From positions 124,001 through 188,000 of the IMG/VR virus record IMGVR_UViG_3300028840_008185: a DNA stretch of 64,000 nt. One strand, 5' to 3'. Under the pieces are notes generated by a model, which was not told where the DNA came from, did not search any database, and was given only the letters and a program-made list of their open reading frames with translations. Positions within the stretch are counted from its first letter, which is position 1. Every line of letters starts with the position of its first letter. This document shows positions 32,090 to 42,075 of the stretch, piece by piece. Position numbers and translations under genes: made by a program.

Positions 32090-32957
32090 TGGTCATATCT
32101 CCTACGTGGCCCTCCTCCTGGCTCCACAGGAGCCTGAGGTTATGAACAAAGGGCGAAGAATGAAGTGCAACCAAATCCATCTCTTCGTAACACACCGACC
32201 AGCACTTTTTGTCCCAGTCATTTGTGTATTCGTAGATGGCCAGACATCGGGGGTCGCCCGGATAAACTCCATCATTATCCAGCATTTCCCTAATGATTTT
32301 TGCCGAATCGATTGTTGCCATCTCAACCTCCCAGGAAAATGATTTCTACTTCTCGCTCGCTGAGAGAATACCCAATCCTATCATCAAGATTGGGAAGAAG
32401 CAACTCAGCCTTCTCAGCCCTAGCATTGTCTCGCCTACACCGTGCCTCGCACGCGGCAAGATCCTCTCGCGAAGCCATCCCAGCTTCCGCCCAGGACATA
32501 AGGCCAGCGTATCGACTTGTTGGGAAGTGACCTGCGAAGAACCTTTTGCCAGCATAGCTCTCAAGAGCTTTTCTGATCTCAGAGCCCTTGATGATGAAAA
32601 TGGGGCCATTCATAGAAAAAGGCACACCCTTTTCAACCATCAAGCATTCCGTTTTAGTTGGCAGCTTTTTCATTTCAGACTCTCCAGACACTTGGCCATC
32701 ATCTCTCTCAATCCCTCGGGAGAGATTTCGGCACAATCAAAGCCCCGATTGACGTGCTTATACCAGTCCGCCCAGAAATCCCCCAGCTTGTAATCGAAGC
32801 AAGGCGGACAGCCATCTTCGTGGCCTGACCTGGTGTCATCACACCAACAGTAGGCGTGCATAGAAAACACGTCGTTCTCAAACTCAGTCCCGCTATTGCT
32901 AGCTGGACTCTCCATCCCCTTTAGCTGACCAACAAGGTCGGCAAGGAAAGCCATAGC

Positions 32958-33009
32958 TGACTCAGCGGTGTAGTTTCTGCCTATTTTTGACTCAGCGGTG
33001 TAGTTTCTG
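32958..33009. repeat. 22-bp direct repeat (period 30) in the 5' end of ORF 32670..33026
   Basis: tgactcagcggtgtagtttctg at 32958-32979 and 32988-33009, giving RNYTAES twice. Confidence 0.9.
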
Positions 33010-33022
33010 TCCATTGGAAACC

Positions 33023-33409
33023 TCAAAAAGTAAAGGTTGGTCTTTCTCTCTTACAAATGCGGCAGAAGAGAAACTCCTTGCCCGCCACGGTATTCTTCAC
33101 AAGGTCGGGCTCTTTACAGCGACACGGCTCGTATCCCAAGACTTCATCTGGCGGGAGCAGCTCATTCCAGCGCACAAAATCTTTCAAGCAATATCCACCA
33201 TCTTGCTGAGTCGTGCCCGGATCCCACTTAACATCAATGAACCACTCATCACTAAGCTCAATCTTGTATGGCTCTCGCGTGACAGTAGCTCCGTGCCCAT
33301 CAGTGACAGAGAAATCATCGTATCCACCATCACTGAGATGCCACTTCAGCCTATCCCCAACCTTTACTTCATTGAGATTCAGCATCCTCATCCTCCCCGG
33401 CGTAGTCAA
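33023..33409 (-). CDS. Hypothetical protein with shared C-terminal zinc ribbon
   Basis: CRCKEPDLVKNTVAGKEFLFCRICKRE. Confidence 0.7.
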   Translation of the reverse strand: MTTPGRMRMLNLNEVKVGDRLKWHLSDGGYDDFSVTDGHGATVTREPYKIELSDEWFIDVKWDPGTTQQDGGYCLKDFVRWNELLPPDEVLGYEPCRCKEPDLVKNTVAGKEFLFCRICKRERPTFTF

Positions 33410-34868
33410 ACCACGCAGAGTTGTAGTAGCTGTCTTTCTGTCCGTTCCACTCCGGGTCGTCTTTATTCCAAATTACCTCGATGTATTTTACATTGCCCTC
33501 ATACTTCACGCCAACTACTCTACCCGTAGCTCCAATATCAACGCCAGGAAAAAAGCCCATGGCAAGCTTGACTTCATCGCCAGCCTCAAAGGGAGGATAA
33601 GTATGGACCCCAGAACAAATCAATCCTCTGCCCGGATCAATGGCAGTTCCGACATGCTCACAAGTCACCAGGTCATTTGGGTAGGCTCCGAAACCACAGG
33701 CCGCAACAGCATCTTCCTCGTTGGCCGCAACTACGACAACTTCCTGCCAGTCATCGCCGCCATCGTGCCGCCAATCGTATGTAAGCCGATAGATATTCAT
33801 GGCTCTCTCACCTTCTTATTCACTATGTTCCTCCAAGCGTCAGGGAAACATATACGATGGAAGTAGCTAGGGCAAGCAAGATGGCGAGGCAAATAAAGAA
33901 ACCAAACGTCTCTTCCCCGCCCATTGGCTCAGTAAGAATAGCTCCCATGAAAATCACATCAACAACGACCATAATGCCAAGTAGGCATAGCACAACAATA
34001 CCAAAAGCCAACATCTTGTTCTCCTATTGCGTTACTCCCCAGAACCCTACGATATAAAACAGAGAAGCCAGGAACAGAACAGACTGAAGAATAAAAGGAA
34101 ACCGCACCCTTCTACCTCTCAACTGATCCATTCTTTGCTCCTTAGAACCCTGATATTTCACAGCATAGATGGCTCTCCCAACAAGCATCAAGGCGGAACC
34201 AGAAAGCAAAATCCAGGCAAGGATCTTGCCCATAAATATAATCGCAGCAGTGTTCATTCTATCCTCCCACGTAGGAAAGCGATAAGAGAATGTATGTGCC
34301 GATTGAGCCATAGAAAAGGATGCTCACAAAAATCGGCCAGAACATATCCTCTTCTTTCGCTGAACCGATGAAGTTAAGGATTAAAAGAAGACAAGTGAGA
34401 ATTAAAACAACAATTCCAAAGGCATACATTTCCCCTCCTATTTTGCAAGCCCGCTGACAACGCGAGCGATGTTTCGTTGGAACCTATCTACATCTCCCAA
34501 CACTTCCTTGACCAACTCAGGATTCTCAGCCTTGGCCAACTCCATCAGCCGGTCATGAGCCAGCTTACCAGGAAGACATCTCGTATCCGTATTGAGAGCG
34601 GCACGAACAAGCCAATCCACGACAGCGTATTGTGCCTTTTGTTCCCAGTGAGAATAGGGCTTGTTGTTGAAGCGCTTCCTCCCGGCAATTATATCGTCAA
34701 ACTTCTCCATCTTCCTATGGCCTTTCTGTTTGCCTCTGGCTCTCGTTTTGGTAGGGCGTAAGCTCGACTAAGCAGTGATGGCCAAAGAAGTAGGTGCCCA
34801 GGATAAGGATCCCAAGCACAACCAGCCCAAGTATCTTTGCTTTTCTTGTGTCTTCTTTTTCGCTCATC

Positions 34869-35528
34869 TTAACCTCTACAGATGTTCTTTCCTTCAGTTG
34901 TGATCTTACAGCCAGCAAGGTCATAGTATCTATACATCTCGGGATACTTGCCCTTGTAGATTGGCTTGTCATACTTGTGAGGGCTCTTGCCCTTGTGAGG
35001 CTTTAGCCAGCCCTTCTCCACAAGCATCTCAAACTCTTCCGTCGTCACCTTAAGCTCGTGGAGAGGATCCTGACGGTAGGCAGCCTTGAGTCCAACGAAA
35101 ACATCAAGGATCTTCTTGGCCCTATCCATATCCACACCGCTGGGAGCTTCGGGCAGAAGGGCAGCTTGGTGGGCAGGATTGAGAGTCATCTTCACCCAAG
35201 ACTTTTTCCAGTGCCTCGTAATCTCTACAACAGCCACGTTCTCTGGAAGGTTGGTGTTTAGCTTACCTCCAGCGGCTTTGGCAGACTTACTATCGGAAAA
35301 CATCATAGCGGAGCTTCCGCCATAGCTTCCAGTCCATCCACCAAGCGGGCCATCGTTGTTAAACGCCTGAACATCCTTCCTCACACGATCATCGAACGAG
35401 GCTCCGAGCCTCTCGATGCTCTCAGCAAACACCACCTCGATTTCCCACAGCTTTTCGCGGTAAAGCAAGTCGCGAACATGACCAAGGAATCCAACCTTAG
35501 GAAGCTCTTTAGCTCTCACGTATGGCAT
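34869..35528 (-). CDS. Hypothetical protein
   Basis: 219 aa intact ORF with RBS. Confidence 0.7.
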   Translation of the reverse strand: MPYVRAKELPKVGFLGHVRDLLYREKLWEIEVVFAESIERLGASFDDRVRKDVQAFNNDGPLGGWTGSYGGSSAMMFSDSKSAKAAGGKLNTNLPENVAVVEITRHWKKSWVKMTLNPAHQAALLPEAPSGVDMDRAKKILDVFVGLKAAYRQDPLHELKVTTEEFEMLVEKGWLKPHKGKSPHKYDKPIYKGKYPEMYRYYDLAGCKITTEGKNICRG

Positions 35529-35688
35529 TTCTTTTCACCTTACAAAAAGCAGAGCGAGAAAAACTGGCCAGAAAAGAACAACATAAATCAGGCGCAACAC
35601 GCTCTTGGTTTTTAGATGCTCATCTCCAGAAAACAATCCGGCCAAAATAAGTCCGGTTATGAGATAGGTAATTACCAGTGACACCCAA

Positions 35689-36420
35689 TTAGCCATCTCC
35701 CTCTTCCACTAGAGCCTCAGCCTCTTTCAGCTTTCTCTCAGCGTTTTCAAGACCCTTGCGCTGCATTTCCGCAATGATCTTCGCCCACTTCAGGTTCTCT
35801 TCTGGCGTAGCCTTTTCTCCATAAGGCCACGGATGCTTTTCCAGCCAGCTATTACAAAAATCCCGAAGCTGTTTCACCTTCTTGTGATCCAAGCCAGCAC
35901 AATCGAACTGGCCATAGCTGCTCTTGTGGCCAAAGATATACTTGATCCCATACCACAGCCGCTTCCAAAATCCGTAGTAGTAATTGAGATGAACATTCAC
36001 ATAGATCTCGGACCAGTCGGGATCATCCTCCCAAGTAAAGCGGAGAAGATGGTGCTCGGAGTCACAGTAGCACTCAATATATTCGTGTTTCACTTCTTCA
36101 CTCCGCCTTTCTTCCGCAGCTTCTACCATCTCTGGAAACTGCGGATTCTCTTTTGCTCGCTCATCAATGTAGTCTTCCAAGTCATCTCTGACCCAGCGAT
36201 ACTGCAAGTCTGGCTCCGCTCTACACTCCACCAACCCCTCATCCTCCAAGGCTCCCAGCAGATCGAACATCATGCTGCCTATGGGAGTATCACTCCACCA
36301 CAGATGTTTTGTATCTGTCTGAAAATTGTCGTCTTCAGATATAACCCCTAAAACCTTAGCCAGCTCATACTGGGCCACATCAACGTCCGTCCAGTCTTTA
36401 AGCGCCTCTTTTAGAGTCAT
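35689..36420 (-). CDS. Hypothetical multidomain protein
   Basis: 243 aa from MTLKEAL; CYCDSEHH module in the second half. Confidence 0.65.
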   Translation of the reverse strand: MTLKEALKDWTDVDVAQYELAKVLGVISEDDNFQTDTKHLWWSDTPIGSMMFDLLGALEDEGLVECRAEPDLQYRWVRDDLEDYIDERAKENPQFPEMVEAAEERRSEEVKHEYIECYCDSEHHLLRFTWEDDPDWSEIYVNVHLNYYYGFWKRLWYGIKYIFGHKSSYGQFDCAGLDHKKVKQLRDFCNSWLEKHPWPYGEKATPEENLKWAKIIAEMQRKGLENAERKLKEAEALVEEGDG

Positions 36421-36880
36421 TTTTAACTCCAAGCCACGGTCAAGTGGGTCGCAAGATACTTGATCAAGGCGGCAAGAAAATTGGACACCATGAAAGTGAA
36501 TATGGGGATAAGAACCATCGCCGCAAGCCCAAGGCCTCCACTGGTTCCAGGGGCACAATCCCTCGTCTCATACTTGACGAATATGATGCCCAGGATTAAA
36601 AGACCAAGACCACCAAGACCCACATACACAGAATAATCAGTGTAGACGGCTATGGGAATAGACGGGGCGGCACAAAGAAGTAATACAGAAATAATAAGTG
36701 GCATCTCAAAACCCAAAGTAGTTTAGATGTTGATAGTCAGCCAGACGCTCATCGATTTCTTCTTCCACTTGCTTGTAAGCAGCGTCCATGGCAGCATACC
36801 ACTCAATATCTTTATACTTAGCGATTCTCTCTCGCTTTGCCTTGACAATTTTCTGGAGTCTCTCAAGCTCTTTCATCGCT

Positions 36881-37516
36881 TCACCTCAAGATAACCTGTT
36901 CGCCACTGGACTGACGATCCACATAGGAAGAATCCCGTTTCCTCTTGGGATTCTTCATCCAGATCTCACCATCGGGAAGCTGGACAGCGGGGATGTAAAT
37001 GATGTCGGAGCCATCATCGCACTCCTCAAGGTGAAACTTGGAGCCATCGGGGAAGGGAAACTCTTCCGTGTTAGATGCCCAACTCGGCTTGTTGAACCCA
37101 TAACCAGGACCAATGTCGATCCTGTCCATAGCATCCATCACAAGCTCAAGAGTGCAGGCAGAAGCGAAGAAGGTGTAGCCCCTCTCATAGGACTCTGGGT
37201 TGTCGGTCATGGAAACATCCAGACACGGACCAAACCCAAACCTGTTCATCGCACCAGCCCGAGAAGACCACGGACCCCTCAGAGCTTTCTTAGAGCCATC
37301 CTTCATCGTGATGTTGAAAACCCTACCACCGAAGCCATCACCGGGCCTCACGTAGTAGTAGAAAGACACATAGCCACCAAGCTCAGCATAGTAGAGCCCT
37401 TCTCGCTCCTCATACCGCAAGTCAGCGAGATCTGGCATCTTGTCTACCAGAATTTTAATAGTGGGCTCATTGGCCCAGCCATCTGCCCAATCAACTTTTC
37501 CCTTCAGGATATTCAT
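36881..37516 (-). CDS. Hypothetical phage protein
   Basis: GFGGR.F.I.MKDG....L.GPWSSR motif. Confidence 0.75.
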   Translation of the reverse strand: MNILKGKVDWADGWANEPTIKILVDKMPDLADLRYEEREGLYYAELGGYVSFYYYVRPGDGFGGRVFNITMKDGSKKALRGPWSSRAGAMNRFGFGPCLDVSMTDNPESYERGYTFFASACTLELVMDAMDRIDIGPGYGFNKPSWASNTEEFPFPDGSKFHLEECDDGSDIIYIPAVQLPDGEIWMKNPKRKRDSSYVDRQSSGEQVILR

Positions 37517-37956
37517 TGTATCTCCTTGATGCAGTTCTTACAAACCTTAACCGGCTTGAAATCGATTGTCACTGTTGTTTCTATTGGCTTGGGACACGAA
37601 CAATGCTCTGTGTCCTCCTCTTCCGCAACTTCCCCCACAGCTATGAAAACGGGGATGTTTCTATACCTGTGAAGGTTTGCGTCTGCGGCTAAAGCCAGAC
37701 GATGCTCACCAGAACCCAATATCTCCATACTATAACTTCCAGCACCAGCGGCAAACTTAACTCGCAAACCTGGCTCAGAAGCGCCGCTATTTCCATCATG
37801 AACGATAATAGACTCTGTGGAATACACCGTCAAGACCCTGCCCTTAATGTCTCGTGGAAAGTAGTTGTTTCCCTTCCACCAGACATCAAGAAAATGCGGA
37901 TTAAGGCAGACCGTTTTACCAGATTCTATCTGTGAGGCTTTCATCATCCTACCCAA
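37513..37956 (-). CDS. Hypothetical protein with divergent shared C-terminal zinc ribbon
   Basis: CSCPKP...VCKNCIKEI. Confidence 0.65.
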   Translation of the reverse strand: MGRMMKASQIESGKTVCLNPHFLDVWWKGNNYFPRDIKGRVLTVYSTESIIVHDGNSGASEPGLRVKFAAGAGSYSMEILGSGEHRLALAADANLHRYRNIPVFIAVGEVAEEEDTEHCSCPKPIETTVTIDFKPVKVCKNCIKEIQ

Positions 37957-39075
37957 TAATTCACTATGTAGTCAGCCTCCCAATTGGCGAACCCCAGGGC
38001 TTCAACCGCATCGAAAGCATCCTGATCCTCAAGCTCGCCCTCGCCAATCTTCAACAGCACATTGTCGAGATCCTCAACGATGTTGGGGTTGTCTCGCTTG
38101 ATTCTCTGCTCGCTTACCCAAACCCCAAAGTAGCGCTCATAGGAAAGAGGCATTTTCTCAACAGTATCGTAGAGAGCATCGGGGGAGACATAAAAGGGCA
38201 TCGTCCACCCATCCCCGTGCTGCACCTTGATACAGACAATCTTCTCACCGCCGGCATAAAACTCCGCTTCCAGAAGTTCAACCGGCAGCCAAAAGGTCTT
38301 CTTCTTGCCAGTGGCGTCAGCGAGATAGGTTGTAGCTAGTAGCGCTTCCATATCACCACCCAATCCTTTTTAAAGCAAACCAAACTCTAGATCTCATTTG
38401 GTTTTTGAAAAAGTGAAAACCGCCCGGATGGCCCTTGTTGCTCCTAACCCTGCCGCCGATGTTGCGCCAGAGTCTCAGCCATTTCTCATCCCAGCCATGA
38501 AAGGCAAAGCCCAACCGCTTCCAAAGCCTATCTTGTTCGATGGGCTCTATACCTGGGCCAGGAACGTTTGCCACTCTTGCTCCTCCTGATCTTTTCGCGC
38601 CAACTTCATCTCTCTACGCCTCATGTCTTTTATTTCCGCAACCTTTCTCTTTAGCGCCATGTCGGCAACGGCTTCTGACTGGGCAACATCAGCATGTAGT
38701 TCAAGAACGTGCTTGTCGTCTTTTGTGGCCAACTCGCCCTCAATCATCGGACAATGACCCTCATGAAGAGTAACGACATGGCCAGGATAAACCTTGCTGA
38801 AGATCAGCATGTCTTCCAAGCATCGCTCCTCAGTCCCGTGGCAAGAAAGGGCAGGGAAAAGACCCGCAGCGTCATAGACCATACAAGGGCTCTGTCCATC
38901 AATTAGCCAGTGAAACATCTACCTCTCCTTGTTCATTCGCTTCAGCACTTTACTTCGTAGCTTCCGAAGCTGTTCGCGAGCACCCTCCGCACTTTCCCTA
39001 TTTGGGTCGGCATATTCAGCCTGCTCGTCCAGCCACTTCTTAATGACTGCATCTTCAAACTTTTCAAGCAGTTTC

Positions 39076-39459
39076 TTATCGGTCATCTTCACTTTCCTGT
39101 TTGATTAGCGCAGGCTCCATCTGCTCCCAAGACTCAAACTTCTTGAATTGAATCGACTCCTGCCCCTCGTATAGTGCCTTGGCAATCCGGTGCATACCGT
39201 CTGCAATTCCCCAATTTGGAGCGATGATTATCGGGTAGTTCAGGTCTGCCTGCCTAATCCTTTCCATGTGTCCCCGCGTGTCATCGCTCGTTTCGAGAAT
39301 TTCCGCTGGGCTTTTATCACCACTCCAACACTTAGCTTGCATGTAGTCGTGCCAATCAAGAGCTTCGATCCCAAGCTCTTGAGTTAAAAGCCCCTCAGCA
39401 AGCTCCCATAGCTTAAACACATCGTAGGTTTTATCTTCGTGGCTATAAGTATGCGTCAT
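39076..39459 (-). CDS. ParB/Srx-like N-terminal domain protein
   Basis: H..RI..ADL.YPII...IADGMHRIAKA. Confidence 0.8.
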   Translation of the reverse strand: MTHTYSHEDKTYDVFKLWELAEGLLTQELGIEALDWHDYMQAKCWSGDKSPAEILETSDDTRGHMERIRQADLNYPIIIAPNWGIADGMHRIAKALYEGQESIQFKKFESWEQMEPALIKQESEDDR

Positions 39460-39918
39460 CTTCCCACAAACCTCCACAAAGCGTAATCTGATCGGCAATA
39501 GGAACACTGACAGGGGCGCGGCTGAATCCATCTTCCATCCTCTTTACAGCATTGATTCTTGTGAGGAACCAACCCCTTTAGGCACTTTGGGACAGAATCT
39601 TTACCGGGCACGCCGAAGTCTGCATGGGGGCAGCCTTGACAGTATTCTTTCTTAGCAGCGTCCCAAGCAAGCTCAAGATCCCTCTTGGTTGGGCGCTCTG
39701 GGTCCTGGCGATAGGGGCTGCTCATTAGTCTTCTTCCATGTAGCAGAAGTGCCCACAAGCAGGACACTCTCCCTCTGGGATGATTGCGCCAGGGGCAGCC
39801 AACTCGTTAAGGTCTTCAGCGCTCAGGGTTAGTTCAGCAGGATCGTAACGAGCACCACAATTCTCGCAGACAGCCAATCGCTCTCCATCCATTAGTCGTC
39901 CCTGTTCCTTTCCATTTG

Positions 39919-40000
39919 TGACCGGGGAGGGATTCGAACCCTCACACCCAGAGGTAGGGGATTTTAAGTCCCCGATGTCTACCAGTTCCATCACCCGGCC
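39919..40000 (-). tRNA. tRNA-Leu(UAA)
   Basis: Cloverleaf with long variable arm; GGGGA-CTTAAAA-TCCCC; GAGGG-TTCGAAT-CCCTC. Confidence 0.93.
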
Positions 40001-40008
40001 ATAATCTA

Positions 40009-41242
40009 TTAAAGCCGCCCTGTCCAATACTTCACGTAAAGCGTCCACGCTGATTGCCAAAGCTCATCTAATATGCGCCTCAAGGGCCACGCTAAGCAAA
40101 CCTCCAGGGATCGCTTTAAGACTTCATCTTTCAGCGGCCCTCCCATGTCATTTTCTCTAGGTTCGATTATCATTGCCCCAGAAACTTTCCCCACAGTTTC
40201 AGGTCATCACACAGCTCAAGAATGTGGCTCTCTAAGCCAAAGCCCAACCTCTCCATAATGGTTGGAAAGAGGCCAGAGTGCATGAACAAACCCCAAAGCT
40301 CATTTCGACCTATAGCCCTCGGCTCAATCACCATAATGGCCCCGAGTATCCCAGATTCATGCGCAGAAAGTCGTAGAACCAGAGAAGGTTAGTGACCATT
40401 GGGTTAAGACCACCGCGCAACCGATATGCGACTCCACCCCAGAGCTTACCGAAGGGAAGCGCCATATCTACACAAAGCAAATCGCTCTTGCCGCTTCTTC
40501 CTAAGTTAATCTCCATGGTCTAACTCTTTCATGCAGGGTATTAGTCCGCTTGACCTGAGACGATGAATGTGCGAGCCTATTGCCCTATCAAACTGGCGAA
40601 TGAGTCTCCTCCGCACAAATTCAGCAACAGTCATACTAGGGTAATGTGGCCACAACCTAAGCTGACCCCAAAGCTGATGGAAAAGCTTGTGCCCAATCCC
40701 ATCTCTTTCGCCGTTGTATCGGTTCTTTATCTCCATCAATCAGGCAGCCTCTTATACTTGTAGCCACGAGCCATGATGGAGAATACAGAACCAATCCTGG
40801 CCCCGCAAACCCAAGCCCGAATGTCGTAGTTGTCTGGGTGTCGCTCAAGCACCTCCTCACGGGTGACTTCCCTTTGTCCCTTTTCCGCTCCGGTTCTTGG
40901 ATCTAGTTCAGTTTCCAGAAACATTTGTTCCAGCCTTTCCTGCAAATTCACGAAGTTCGTCCCAGAGACGAACCTTCCATTTGTGCCAAAGCTCTCCAGC
41001 CCAAGGCGCTTTGCGTCTAGCCTTCCCCAAAGTATGATTAAAGAGAAAAGCGTGACCCATTCGATATATGTAGTTACTCCTGGGCTCAATCACCATAACT
41101 TATATCTCCTTATGTAAGAATCAAAGTTATGGCGAGTGATTCCCATAAGGTATTCGTTAATGCTCGCCATAAAATAAAGGCCGTGAATATTCCACAGACT
41201 TGCCTTACGACAACCCCTATTACGCTGCGCCTTGATCTCCAC
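40009..41242 (-). CDS. Micro-ORF array: 40009..40173, 40170..40334, 40328..40516, 40506..40739, 40908..41096, 41090..41242
   Basis: Starts MIIEPR, MVIEPR (x2), MEINL, MEIKN, MEIKA; segments LFHQLWGQL, ELWG, KLWGGV, RLWDEL. Confidence 0.7.
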
Positions 41243-42075
41243 TAAGCAACCCTCCTCACTTCCCGCTTCCCACTATTCACCACCACGCAAGTCTTATGCT
41301 GTGCCTTGGGAGCCCCACAATACCAGCACTTTCCGTCATCGTCGCTGTATGCATGGTTCTCTGGCCTCAAGCTCTCCAGGTTCTCCCGAAGGGTCACACG
41401 ATCCTGCTTGGAAAAACCGGTGCCCTCCTTCTCCGCCAAACGCTTCCTGTTTCTCAACGCCTCAGTGATAAAGCTCATTTAATCCTCCTCTGGCTTAGAG
41501 AGTCCACCAAAATCTACAGTGAAGCTCCTCGTTGGCTTTAACCCAGCGATCCAAGACATCATCGCCGTCGCAGTCTTCACAGGTCATAAAGTTGCACACG
41601 CCCCAGGTCTTACCGTCAAGGTCTTTAACTTGTCTGTTGTCGCCATAAACCCAACGCCAAACATCCCCGACCTTGAACTTATATCCACACAAATAGCAGC
41701 GGAACTTTTCCCCTGGCCCATGTCCACCCCATTTGGCCTTAAGGTCTCTCTCCGTAGCCACTTGCGGCTTTTGGTCCGTGAAGCTCATTTCTTTAATCCT
41801 AATTTACAAGTAGCGCCCACCAGCACCAGCCTGCGAATGCTGCTAAGGCTATTGCCAAAACAACCTTCCCAAACATAATCAAATCGTCCATTTATCACTT
41901 AGCCATCGCCTGCGCTGCACGGTGGTAGTCCGCCTCGATCTTCTTCATGGCGTCGGTGGCAGAGACAAGGCCACGGGTTCCAGTCGAGATGGTCTCGATC
42001 ACCCTGTTGCCGTCCATGACCTTGATTTCCTTGTTCCCTTCCCAGAGAAGTTCAAGGCCAAAGGCTTCCAGTCGT